Origin: an uncultured Thermococci archaeon
Lineage (GTDB): Archaea > Methanobacteriota_B > Thermococci > Methanofastidiosales > B48-G16
Length of the DNA: 64,000 bases
Direction of reading: 5' to 3'
NCBI GenBank assembly: GCA_964595645.1
Contig: CAZQQT010000005.1
Span: 1-64,000 of the forward strand
Shown: positions 20,155 to 29,722 of the stretch, piece after piece
Layout: each line of letters begins with the position of its first letter
Position numbering within the stretch: the first letter of the stretch is position 1
Notes under the pieces: model-generated
What the model was told of the DNA's origin: nothing
The model's database searches: none
The model's input: only the letters and a program-made list of their open reading frames with translations
Made by a program: the position numbers and the translations under genes

Positions 20155-21265
20155 CTTCCAGAATCTCCTCCAGCATTTTGCAGAAGTCTTTCCCGTAATC
20201 ATTACCATTTACATTAATGTTCTCTATCTCTGCCACGCCATACCCACTACTTGTTTTTGCTCCAAATCCGTATTTTGTAAGCATGTCGAAAACAGCGTTC
20301 ACGATGATGAGAATATCTTCATTCTTTTCTTCTTTGATTTTTTTCTCCTTATCTCTTAAAATATCGAAGGGGAAATAGAGCAAGTAAAATTCGCCTTTCA
20401 TTTTTTCTCCATCTTTTTCTTCAGGAACTGTTTCGAGTGTGATGGGAACAGTGCCTGTTTTTGTCTTCCTGTCATGAGGGTTAATTACATCGAGATCCAT
20501 TGAGTTGAAAAATGTGGGGTAGGTACGCAACCGTCCTCTTCTCGGTAGACTATCTCTGGAATAGCTATCAAACTCCTTTCCAAGTTCGTCTGCTTTTTTT
20601 CCAACTTTTTTACCTATAGATCGATTGAGCCAATGGCTCACATTCTCTTTCTCATCACCAAAGAGTTTCAGAAGTCTCATTCTTCTTTCCTTCCAGTTCA
20701 CTGATTTTTCATCATCATCCAAATCTTCTAAGAATTGTTTTGATGCGGCCCACCGTAGATTACCTTTCCACGACGATGCCTTGATATATGGGACTTTGAA
20801 GATCTTTTCTTTCGTCACAGGATTCTCGTGGAGATAGAACTCTTCATCCTCCTTACTCAGAAACGGTTTTGTGAGGGTGAATTTGATGTGGAGGAGAGAT
20901 GAATAGGGGAGGGTTTCCGGATCGTATTTTGGTTCTGCAATTGTTTCAAAAACTTTTGATTTATAATTCTCTCCTTCCTTCAACGCCCAGTCCTCGTTCA
21001 TCGTATACACAGCGTCTTTCTTCAAATCTAGGATATACTCATTGTACCCCACCTTTAAAAGATTTTTATTATCCCTGTTACTGTTTTCATAGAACCTTAC
21101 AAATAATGAAATTTCTTTTAATCGAGAGTACCAATTAGAAGAAAAATTATTTTCGAAGAAAGTGAGGAGTTCCTCTCTCACTTTATCTTCTTTTATCCTA
21201 TCTAATTTATTTTTTAATTTTCCAATTTTCTCATCCCACAACGCAGCATAGAAATCGTAGGTCAT
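20138..21265 (-). CDS. cmr6: type III RAMP Cmr6
   Basis: PYIKASSWKG, LDVINPH, GFGAKTSSGYG. Confidence 0.9.
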   Translation of the reverse strand: MTYDFYAALWDEKIGKLKNKLDRIKEDKVREELLTFFENNFSSNWYSRLKEISLFVRFYENSNRDNKNLLKVGYNEYILDLKKDAVYTMNEDWALKEGENYKSKVFETIAEPKYDPETLPYSSLLHIKFTLTKPFLSKEDEEFYLHENPVTKEKIFKVPYIKASSWKGNLRWAASKQFLEDLDDDEKSVNWKERRMRLLKLFGDEKENVSHWLNRSIGKKVGKKADELGKEFDSYSRDSLPRRGRLRTYPTFFNSMDLDVINPHDRKTKTGTVPITLETVPEEKDGEKMKGEFYLLYFPFDILRDKEKKIKEEKNEDILIIVNAVFDMLTKYGFGAKTSSGYGVAEIENINVNGNDYGKDFCKMLEEILEDEYRE

Positions 21266-21266
21266 T

Positions 21267-22568
21267 CTAACACATCTCCCTAGAAACTTTTCCTCCCGAT
21301 CTAAGAATTTTCTTTGGGTCAGGATCATAAACCCATTTAATCTTGTCTATATCAACAGGACAACTATTCACATTGAAGCATTGTTTCCAAAAATTTTCAT
21401 TTTTAAGTTTCTCTTTCAATATTTTTTGAATATTTTCTCGAGAAGTATTCAATTTATTTGGAATATCTGGAATCCATCCCCATATTTTCATTTCCCATTT
21501 CGATTCTTTCTCATTACTGTAAAATTTCTTATCGTACATATGAGAAACATTGATTTTAGAAGCGACTTTCTTTAGTATTTTTTCCTCTGTAATTCCCCCC
21601 TCTTGACAATTATGACACCAATATTTCCCTCTATTCTTCCTATCATTATCAATCAAATGTTGCCAACATTTTAGGTGCACTGGCCTTGGGGTTCCTTTCA
21701 CAGAAACAAACCCCATTAAGTAATGTCTTAAGACATCATTATTAGAAAATAGTCGCCTTATGCTTCTCCTCACCCACGGTGCCGACGGGATGTAAGGATA
21801 CTTCTGTTCATGGGGCCACCTCAAACTTTCTCCAGACTTTACAGCTTTCATTGTTTTATATACATTCTTACCAATCTCACTCCTAATGGTATCTACGTGT
21901 CCATCTCTGATAGGGATTCTATAAAAGAAAAAGTGATCTATCTGTGGTAGCGGTAAAGAATAGGAGACCTTCTTGGGAAATTCTAAGAATTTGGGCAATT
22001 CTTTCTTGTAACTCTTAGGTTCTCTCTTTAAAGAGGATATCCCAAAACCTCTTTGTACGATTGCACCTAATCCCCAATCAGCAGAAAGCTGGAGAGTACA
22101 GTCGATTATACCTTCGATGTCTTCTTTCTGAGCAGTTATGTCCACTTTAAGTTTTCCAAATATCCCTCCATTTTTTTCATAGGTTCTCCCAGTATTATCA
22201 TAATATCCTAAAAAGGCTTGTTTCTTAGAACTTTTAGGTTTTGCGATTACAAATGGTGCATATGAGTATCTATCTTCTGGATTGATTTCCAGTTTAAACT
22301 TTTTTCTCCACCCTGTACATCCAAAGAGCCTGCACGCCTCGCATACATCTTTCAATCCATTCTCTACGTTTTTTGTTTCTCTATAAGCGTTATAATTAAA
22401 TTCACATTCAGAATCAGTCGGATCACACGCATACCCTCCCAATCCCCTAACAAGAGCCTCGTACCACCACCGCAGAGACCCGATGATACCAGTCTCTTTT
22501 ATCTTTGTGCATTTCCCCTCAATGTCTCCTGTCCAAAGAGGGGTTAATGTCTTAAGGTGGATCTCCAT
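21267..22568 (-). CDS. cmr1: type III RAMP Cmr1
   Basis: LKTLTPLWTG, GIIGSLRWWYEAL, CEACRLFG, GLGAIVQRGFG. Confidence 0.92.
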   Translation of the reverse strand: MEIHLKTLTPLWTGDIEGKCTKIKETGIIGSLRWWYEALVRGLGGYACDPTDSECEFNYNAYRETKNVENGLKDVCEACRLFGCTGWRKKFKLEINPEDRYSYAPFVIAKPKSSKKQAFLGYYDNTGRTYEKNGGIFGKLKVDITAQKEDIEGIIDCTLQLSADWGLGAIVQRGFGISSLKREPKSYKKELPKFLEFPKKVSYSLPLPQIDHFFFYRIPIRDGHVDTIRSEIGKNVYKTMKAVKSGESLRWPHEQKYPYIPSAPWVRRSIRRLFSNNDVLRHYLMGFVSVKGTPRPVHLKCWQHLIDNDRKNRGKYWCHNCQEGGITEEKILKKVASKINVSHMYDKKFYSNEKESKWEMKIWGWIPDIPNKLNTSRENIQKILKEKLKNENFWKQCFNVNSCPVDIDKIKWVYDPDPKKILRSGGKVSREMC

Positions 22569-22709
22569 TAGATCACATACAACATAGGGAATCATCCTTT
22601 ATAAGGTTTACTAATTTTTTTGTTTCTTTCATTTCTGACTTTTCTTTTAGTGACACCCGTATACTCTGCACTCAGAGTACAAAAAGAAAATTGAACTGAG
22701 AGAACTTTT

Positions 22710-22756
22710 TCTGTCCCAGCCTTTATAAAGGACGACGATCTGCGAGGTTGGGCAAA
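22710..22756 (+). repeat. inverted copy of the distal CRISPR leader
   Basis: Reverse complement matches 14608-14654 at 44 of 47 nt. Confidence 0.9.
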
Positions 22757-22788
22757 ACGAAATGGGTAGGACAACTCTACATTTCATG

Positions 22789-23319
22789 TTAAAGTAACTT
22801 AACCGCATTGTACAGACTCCAGACGAACAATAATGTAAAAATTAATCCGAAGATCCAGGGAAGTAGTTTCATTCTTCTTGCCCACCATCCCTCCTGGTAC
22901 TTTATAGAAAATCCTGGAACCAAAGAAGGTTCTCCTGCTTCACCGGGGAGTGTTTTCCCTCTGTCTTTGAAATCATGTAGCTCCAAAAATATCTTGGGAC
23001 CGTCTTTCCAATTTTTCTCCGTTATTCGTAGCTTTCGTTCCAAATAATGTCGTTCTCCCAGGGAAATCCCTTGGGCAATATACATCTGAACACATAGTAG
23101 AACACCTGCCAGTGAGAGAATAAGTGAGACGTAATATCTAAATGTGTAGTCTTGGGCAATGAGTATTGCTATTGCGGTGATAAGAATTGAGTTGGCCGTA
23201 AGGTATGTACGGGTGAGGATATGATAATCACGAATACAGGATGATCGTAACTTCGTCAGTAGATCATAAACGCGTATACGCGTATCATCGTTTTGATTTT
23301 CTCCCTGTCCATTTTTCAT
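22789..23319 (-). CDS. 3-TM membrane protein embedded in the cas locus
   Basis: 176-aa ORF with two N-terminal and one C-terminal hydrophobic helices, between cas2 and cmr1. Confidence 0.8.
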   Translation of the reverse strand: MKNGQGENQNDDTRIRVYDLLTKLRSSCIRDYHILTRTYLTANSILITAIAILIAQDYTFRYYVSLILSLAGVLLCVQMYIAQGISLGERHYLERKLRITEKNWKDGPKIFLELHDFKDRGKTLPGEAGEPSLVPGFSIKYQEGWWARRMKLLPWIFGLIFTLLFVWSLYNAVKLL

Positions 23320-23392
23320 TGTAATCTTCTTGAATAGTGTTCCTATAAATAATTTTTTGAACCTATTTATGCCCTGAAATTACTTTAAAAAG

Positions 23393-23656
23393 TCAAAAGA
23401 TATTGGACAGCTCAGTTTTCTCGATACCCAGAATCTCTTTATCCACGTACCGTTTGTCCCGCATACGGAAGATCATGACAGAATCGTAGTCCTCGTCAAT
23501 GATCTTCTTGATTTCCTTTTTTACCTTTTTGAGTTCACTTTCGGTGAGGTTTCCCTCAAATACCGAGTTCTGGATCCAGTTCAAATACTGCCGTAAGAAC
23601 TTACAGACCTTGCTCACCCGTGACTCCTCCACATCGTAGACGAGAAGGATATACAT
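23393..23656 (-). CDS. cas2: CRISPR-associated Cas2
   Basis: MYILLVYDV, WIQNSVFEG. Confidence 0.97.
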   Translation of the reverse strand: MYILLVYDVEESRVSKVCKFLRQYLNWIQNSVFEGNLTESELKKVKKEIKKIIDEDYDSVMIFRMRDKRYVDKEILGIEKTELSNIF

Positions 23657-24642
23657 TACCACCACATCCTGAACCCTTCATACTTTTTGTCGCCAATCAC
23701 GTGTTTCACCAGTTTGTATCCCTCCAATCGTAACAGTCGCCTGTAAGAGACCTTTCTGTTCAACGTTGGGTGTTCTACAGTACGATTCATTCGTTTGTCA
23801 AACTCCTTCAACGCGATCCGTTTTCCCGCGTCGTTGAGTAGACAGGAGTTGAGATCCTTCCTGAAGTGGTCCTCCTGGATCATCCGCTTGTTCACCAACG
23901 TGAACAATGCCCTCCCGGTGATCAGCGGTTTGAACATCTCTGCGATATCGAGGGCCAAAGAGAACCGTCGCACCGAGGGCTCGTGAAGGTAGCTCACGGT
24001 AGGGTTTAGCTGTGTGTGGTAAAGTTCTGTTAAGACCGCGGTGTACAGCAATGAGTTGAAAAAGGAGATCAGACAGTTAACTTCGTTATCGGGAGGTCGC
24101 TTTGTCCTGGAAGAGAACTCGAAGAACTTGAGAATCTCCGGGAATGTCTGGTAGTACTGTTTCCATGCCTCACCCTCCTTCTGCATCACCTCCTCGATAC
24201 TTGTAGCATCGGATACTGCCTGTCCGCACTCCCGTATCGTGAGCATCTGCTGCATTACCTCTTTCTTATGTTTCCGGTAGTGTTCCAAAATACGTGAAAG
24301 GTTGTCGATTGTTGAAGTCACGATCTCTTTGGCAATAAAGAGTCGCTTCTCACGATCTAAGTAATGTTCGGCCTGACGCACGATCACATCGCCGGAGACG
24401 AGATGTTCCCGCGGATAGAAGGATCCTGTGTAGTACCCGTAGTAGTTGAAAAAGTGGGCCACGATATGTTTCTGTGAGAGGTAGGTGAGAAGCTTGGAGT
24501 TGATGTTCACCTGACCCACGCAGTAGAGCGACCGTATTTTCTCGATGGGGATGATCTTCCGCGTGTTCTCGTTGGTAAAATAGACGGTGTTCTGTTTCCT
24601 CTTTAAATCGCCGCTCTGGACGATGTAGAAATTCCGTTTCAT
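23656..24642 (-). CDS. cas1: type I-B Cas1
   Basis: FFNYYGYYTGSF, NCLISFFNSLLY, YLHEP, LDIAEMFKP, GFRMWW. Confidence 0.98.
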   Translation of the reverse strand: MKRNFYIVQSGDLKRKQNTVYFTNENTRKIIPIEKIRSLYCVGQVNINSKLLTYLSQKHIVAHFFNYYGYYTGSFYPREHLVSGDVIVRQAEHYLDREKRLFIAKEIVTSTIDNLSRILEHYRKHKKEVMQQMLTIRECGQAVSDATSIEEVMQKEGEAWKQYYQTFPEILKFFEFSSRTKRPPDNEVNCLISFFNSLLYTAVLTELYHTQLNPTVSYLHEPSVRRFSLALDIAEMFKPLITGRALFTLVNKRMIQEDHFRKDLNSCLLNDAGKRIALKEFDKRMNRTVEHPTLNRKVSYRRLLRLEGYKLVKHVIGDKKYEGFRMWW

Positions 24643-25127
24643 ACAAAACACAACTCGTAGTAACTGCATTTCTTGCAGATTTTCTTATTTTCCCGATCGG
24701 GGAGTTCTCCATTCACAATTTCATGGATTTCATCTATTACGTCCGTCAGCATCTCCTCGTTCTCCTCCGTCAATGCTACCTCCTCCTTCCTGTTGTTCTC
24801 CCTGTACTTTATCACGGCGGTAGTCTCGATTCCCTTCTGTTTCAGTACATAGAGGTAGTATAGTGCTTGATGGATACTGGCTTGCCTGTTCTTTTTGGAC
24901 TTCTTGAGCTCCCACACCCTTCCCTTCTTCATCATGTCGATCTTGATCCGATCGATCACAACTTCATCGAGATCTTCATGATACAGTTTCCCGATTTTCA
25001 CGAGGTCAGATTCCCGCTCACAATGAATGGAGTGGTGGAAAAACCAGAGTTTCCGCTGGCAGGTAAAGTAGTAGTTGATATGGGTGCCGGTGAGCGTATT
25101 TTCTTGGAGAGATGGTATTAGTGTCAT
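24639..25127 (-). CDS. cas4: Cas4
   Basis: CQRKLW, KID/ELKK nuclease motifs, CKKCSYYELC Fe-S ligands. Confidence 0.96.
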   Translation of the reverse strand: MTLIPSLQENTLTGTHINYYFTCQRKLWFFHHSIHCERESDLVKIGKLYHEDLDEVVIDRIKIDMMKKGRVWELKKSKKNRQASIHQALYYLYVLKQKGIETTAVIKYRENNRKEEVALTEENEEMLTDVIDEIHEIVNGELPDRENKKICKKCSYYELCFV

Positions 25128-25252
25128 TGACCCTCACATACTTTTATTGTTGGATATATTAATAATGTTTGTCGAAATTCGGTAATGCTGATCTCACAGT
25201 CAAAAGATTTATATAGTATATCTCTGTATACGTTGGTATACCTGGTGAGTAC

Positions 25253-25489
25253 ATGCCGACAACAATCAAGCTAAAAAGAAAAACGAAACATGAATTAGAT
25301 AAGTTTAGGGAGCATAAAAACGAAACATATGATGAAATAGTGAGGAAATTAGTATATATTGCACAAAATCTTGAGAAAAATCCTGAGCTAAGTGAAAAAA
25401 CTATACTGGAAATCGAAAAGGCCCGTGAAAGAATAAAAAAAGGAGATTTTTACACTGAAGAAGAGATACAAGAGATTTTGGGGTTGTAA
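25253..25489 (+). CDS. antitoxin (RHH/VapB-like)
   Basis: TTIKL...ETYDEIVRKL; immediately upstream of relE. Confidence 0.8.
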   Translation: MPTTIKLKRKTKHELDKFREHKNETYDEIVRKLVYIAQNLEKNPELSEKTILEIEKARERIKKGDFYTEEEIQEILGL

Positions 25490-25491
25490 GT

Positions 25492-25752
25492 GTGGGATAT
25501 TCGGTGGTGGCAGACAAGAAAGCTGTAAAAGAGCTTGAAAAGCTACCTGTAGATATACAAGAGAGAATCTTTCAAAAGATTGTCGATGCCAAAAAGAATC
25601 CGTTCAGATACTTTGAACAGTTAAGGGGGAGAAATGATTATAAGCTTCGTGTAGGAGATTATCGTATCATTGCGGATATTAATCGCACAGAGGAGAGAAT
25701 CGAGATCACCGTGATAGGTCATAGAAAGAATATCTATAAAAGGGGTAAATAA
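25492..25752 (+). CDS. relE: RelE/ParE family toxin
   Basis: YKLRVGDYRII...IGHRKNIY; GTG start. Confidence 0.9.
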   Translation: MGYSVVADKKAVKELEKLPVDIQERIFQKIVDAKKNPFRYFEQLRGRNDYKLRVGDYRIIADINRTEERIEITVIGHRKNIYKRGK

Positions 25753-25756
25753 GATG

Positions 25757-25945
25757 CTAGATCCATAACGATTCTTCCACAGCCCCCAGAGATGATCGGA
25801 GCGAGATTCCTCGCTTTCCAAGTATCTCGAGGGACTCCCAGATGGTGACCCCTGCCATCTCTGCAGCTCGCATCAACGAGACTTCACCGTCTCGATACTT
25901 CGTGACTGCCCGTTCGATTTTTCTTTTCTTCCTCATTCTACTCAC
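25757..25945 (-). CDS. UPF0175-family small HTH protein (possibly truncated)
   Basis: YRDGEVSLMRAAEMAGV pattern. Confidence 0.65.
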   Translation of the reverse strand: MSRMRKKRKIERAVTKYRDGEVSLMRAAEMAGVTIWESLEILGKRGISLRSSLGAVEESLWI

Positions 25946-25959
25946 TTCCTAAAACACTC

Positions 25960-26448
25960 TTAAAAACTTGATATAGATTTTTTAATCTTATATTTTAAAA
26001 CTATCTTATTTTTCACACACTTTTTCTTTTCCTCTTTAAGAGCTGCCGTATACGACAGTACTTGAGCAATGCTATCTGGTTTTGCAGTGCCTGCTTTCAG
26101 TTCTATTACCACAAAATTTCCTTCCTTATCTTCGACGGCAATATCTATTCTCCCCGCTTCGGTTGTCAGTTCTTTGCCCTGATCAATAACTTTTAGTCCC
26201 GATTCTAGCTGCTCGATATTGTATCGGAGTGCCTTTTGGAGATCTTTTTCAAGGCCAAAAGTTGTTTCCAAGGCATCTATTATCTCCTCAGGATCTGAGT
26301 CTGCATATGTTCCCATTGTGATGTGCGCCTTGACTGCGCTTACAGTTCCTGGTGACACACCTACTCTTTCTGTAATTTCTCTCCTCGTGAGTTTGTTCTC
26401 CTGCTGTAAGGAGATAACTTCTGATTTTTCCTCTTCGTTTATGGACAT
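25960..26448 (-). CDS. HTH + NucS/DUF91-like PD-(D/E)XK nuclease domain, apparently truncated at the C-terminus
   Basis: LEKDLQ, GRIDI, VIELK, AQVLSY; N-terminal TRREITERVGVSPGTVS helix-turn-helix. Confidence 0.72.
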   Translation of the reverse strand: MSINEEEKSEVISLQQENKLTRREITERVGVSPGTVSAVKAHITMGTYADSDPEEIIDALETTFGLEKDLQKALRYNIEQLESGLKVIDQGKELTTEAGRIDIAVEDKEGNFVVIELKAGTAKPDSIAQVLSYTAALKEEKKKCVKNKIVLKYKIKKSISSF

Positions 26449-26470
26449 GTTTGGGTTCCTCTTTGCTCAT

Positions 26471-28987
26471 TTATATCATACGTAAATCTAGTGTAGAATC
26501 AGGTATTTTAAATCCAGTTTCCTTGTCATACCAATTATTTAAGTCACTGCTTCGAATAACTCTGAAACTGTCATTACCTAAGAACGGAGGATGAGATATT
26601 TCAATTTTGTCTATAACCTTGTCACTTCCCTTAATAGATAAAGTGTACTCATTCAATTCTTTTCTCCACTTTAAGAGTTTTTCTTTTCTTTTGAATCCTT
26701 TAACTTCAACTAGCTCCTCGTCCAATTGTTGCCTTAGTTTCTTTGCTCGTTCACTATTTTCTACAAATAAAGATATAGACTTAACTTTTTCTTCAATCAA
26801 ATTAAAGTTAGCTATATTCATAAATTTCAGTTGCTCCATATCTTCTAAAACCTGCCTATCCTGAGCTTTTCTTTTTTGAATTAAATTATAATAATTTACA
26901 GCTCCTTTCAAACTGAATTCCTTCTCCATTACTTCTTCATCGAATCTCTCAATAACATCTCCCGTAGCCCCCATTATAGTTGGATCATAAATATAAGAAT
27001 TATAATACCTATGAGTTGATTCGTCTTTGAGATTGATGATCTTCGTTGTTCCTCTTTCTTCGTTAAATTCTCTGTTACACCTACCAGCAGTTTGAATTAT
27101 CGAATCTAGCGGGGCAAAATCCCGATAAATTATGTCTACACTAACATCCACACCTGCTTCAATCAACTGGGTTGTTACAACTATTTTCCTCTTTTCATCA
27201 TTTTTTATACGATTTATTCTTTTCATTCTGGTAAATGGTAAGATGTGCGTAGAAAGATTGATAAGTTCTAGATCATCGAATTGACATATTCCATCATTAT
27301 CGATTTCATGGTTCCGGTTATACAATTTGTCAAAATACTCTTTTAAATCATAATAAATTTTTTTACATGAACTGATAGTATTCATAACAATCATGACGTC
27401 TTTTTGATCCTCATCAAGAATCAGCTCCTTTAATTCATCTAATCCTTCCACTCGAAGATCGAATTTATATTTAATTCTATCAAAAAACTCAAAATATTCT
27501 TCTTTTTGAGATGCTAGTTCGTGAATTTCATCTTCATCGAAGATCAATGGTTTAGTGGCTGTCATGAATAATATCCAACAGTTGAATTTTTCAGTTAAAA
27601 TCCGCAATATGTTGTTTACCAGTTCCCAATATTTAAATGGTATAGATTGTACTTCATCTAAGATAATGATAGAGTTCGTGATATTATGGAATTTCCTTGC
27701 AGCTCTGTTTTTATTTGTGATCAGACTATGGAATAATTGTACAAAGGTTGATACAACTATCTCTGAATACCATCCTTCAGTAAGAAGAAGAGAATTTAAA
27801 AGATCTTTATAACAATATATCTCGTCTTCTTCTTTTCTTTCTCTATACTCTACATCTGCTAGATGATGATGTGTAAGCAGTAAGTTCGATGGAATACGTT
27901 CTTTCAATAATTCCTCTTTTTCTTCATCCTTCATCTCCAAGATCTCTTGCCAATCCAATCCGACTTCTTCTGCCAAAACTTCTCTAAAAACAGAGCTATT
28001 CTGATCGATGATACTGAGAAAAGGTAGAGAATAGATTATTTTTGGAGTGAAATCATATTCATTTTCTATCCTTTTTCTTAAATAGAATGCAGCAGAGAGG
28101 GCTGTTAGGGTCTTTCCAGAACCTGTAGGTAAATTTATCGATAAGAGTCTATCAACAAGTTCAATATCTTCAATTGAGTCATTCACATCAGTATAAGCTC
28201 TCTCACGAACTTTATTAATCTCCGATTTTGGTTCACCAAATTTTTTTCTCTTGTACTGATCAACTATTTTCTTTTCTAATAGTTTATCCCATCTTGAAGG
28301 AGTGGCTTCTATACCTGATGCATCTAATTTGTCCGAATCAAGAAGAACAGAATAAAAGAACATGATATCGACATACTTATCCATACATTCCTTTCTTGAT
28401 AAGTTTTTCAAAGACTGGTAAACATTGTAATAAAAATCCTCATCTAATCTTTCAAAAAAATCTTGAATTCTCAGCTCTAGATCTATTTCATTGAGCAAAT
28501 CGTCGTATATTGTTTTCACTTCATCGAGATGATTTTCTTTGATATCTCTTACTTGTTTTTCTATTATTTTTTTATTGCCACTATCTTTGATTTTATTTGC
28601 AAAATCGGATCTCCCCCCTCTGATATTCAGCAGATTTCCATGATGTTTGTTTATTACTATAAAAGATATCGCTGGAAAATTTTCAAAATCTCCTTTCAAT
28701 CCATATTGTATGAGATATTTATCTACCAAATAATATCCGAATAAGGAAGATAAGTGTCCATGTCTAGCTTTTTCGCTTCTTTTTCCTTTTTCCAGCCAAT
28801 CTTGGAAAAAAGTGGTTGATTTAGCGAAATCATGGGCTACACCGTTGAGATAGGCTGTTTTTGAATAGATGTCTTTATTTTTGAAATTTTTTGATTTTAC
28901 AATTTTCTCAGAAAGGCATGCTGAATTTTTTAGGTGGGAAAAAAGAGTTTTGTCTGGATGCGATTTAAGATGTTGCTCTTTTATCAT
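26471..28987 (-). CDS. cas3: Cas3 HD nuclease-helicase
   Basis: HDFAK and HHG (HD); PTGSGKT, DEVQ, MTAT, QTAGRCNR (helicase). Confidence 0.97.
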   Translation of the reverse strand: MIKEQHLKSHPDKTLFSHLKNSACLSEKIVKSKNFKNKDIYSKTAYLNGVAHDFAKSTTFFQDWLEKGKRSEKARHGHLSSLFGYYLVDKYLIQYGLKGDFENFPAISFIVINKHHGNLLNIRGGRSDFANKIKDSGNKKIIEKQVRDIKENHLDEVKTIYDDLLNEIDLELRIQDFFERLDEDFYYNVYQSLKNLSRKECMDKYVDIMFFYSVLLDSDKLDASGIEATPSRWDKLLEKKIVDQYKRKKFGEPKSEINKVRERAYTDVNDSIEDIELVDRLLSINLPTGSGKTLTALSAAFYLRKRIENEYDFTPKIIYSLPFLSIIDQNSSVFREVLAEEVGLDWQEILEMKDEEKEELLKERIPSNLLLTHHHLADVEYRERKEEDEIYCYKDLLNSLLLTEGWYSEIVVSTFVQLFHSLITNKNRAARKFHNITNSIIILDEVQSIPFKYWELVNNILRILTEKFNCWILFMTATKPLIFDEDEIHELASQKEEYFEFFDRIKYKFDLRVEGLDELKELILDEDQKDVMIVMNTISSCKKIYYDLKEYFDKLYNRNHEIDNDGICQFDDLELINLSTHILPFTRMKRINRIKNDEKRKIVVTTQLIEAGVDVSVDIIYRDFAPLDSIIQTAGRCNREFNEERGTTKIINLKDESTHRYYNSYIYDPTIMGATGDVIERFDEEVMEKEFSLKGAVNYYNLIQKRKAQDRQVLEDMEQLKFMNIANFNLIEEKVKSISLFVENSERAKKLRQQLDEELVEVKGFKRKEKLLKWRKELNEYTLSIKGSDKVIDKIEISHPPFLGNDSFRVIRSSDLNNWYDKETGFKIPDSTLDLRMI

Positions 28988-28997
28988 ATGATACAAA

Positions 28998-29711
28998 TTA
29001 TACAAATATTACATTATCTTCTCCAATTTCATAATACTCGGCCTTTTCCAATGGAACCGATCTACCATTGGAATCGAAGATCACTTCAGCATATTCCTTT
29101 ACAACTCTCTCCTCATCCATATACATTGGAATATTCTCGATTATCCATCTCATACCCTCTTCAATATAGCTCAAATTAATCTCAACTTTTTTTTGGGGGA
29201 GTACCGAATCAATCTTTACTCTTTCCTTTTCTTTTTTCACAGGATTAAATTCACCAACAAATTTAAAATCGGCTATATGCTCGCTAAGGCCCAGAAATGG
29301 AGTGTAAATGGTTTTATGTTTCTTTAAATTATAGATTAAGCTATCAAAGGTATCTTTATCTTTCAGTCTCAGGTAAACTCTATACTTGGGATCACTTAAA
29401 TATTCGTATGGAATCTGTGTTCTTGGATTGTTCTTATCATATAGATTAAAATATGGTGAGTTAGCTGTATTGATAAGGTTTTGATTAATTCTGGCTTTGT
29501 TAACTGGATTGAGTAATTTTACGGAAAATTCTATGTTATCTCTCGAAAAATCCTCGTAATACGAATCTCTTCTATATCCCATCATTCCAGCAATTAATCC
29601 AGCTAATGCAGTTCCAGTGGGTATAGAGTACGTCAAAGGAGATGTTGTGGTTTCGATCTCCTTGAAATGGGCGTAATCCCCCCAGATATCAAATGCAATT
29701 ACTTTTTCCAT
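28998..29711 (-). CDS. cas5: type I-B Cas5
   Basis: FDIWGDYAHF, TYSIPTGTALAG, YTPFLGLSE. Confidence 0.95.
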   Translation of the reverse strand: MEKVIAFDIWGDYAHFKEIETTTSPLTYSIPTGTALAGLIAGMMGYRRDSYYEDFSRDNIEFSVKLLNPVNKARINQNLINTANSPYFNLYDKNNPRTQIPYEYLSDPKYRVYLRLKDKDTFDSLIYNLKKHKTIYTPFLGLSEHIADFKFVGEFNPVKKEKERVKIDSVLPQKKVEINLSYIEEGMRWIIENIPMYMDEERVVKEYAEVIFDSNGRSVPLEKAEYYEIGEDNVIFV

Positions 29712-29722
29712 CTGTATCTCCG

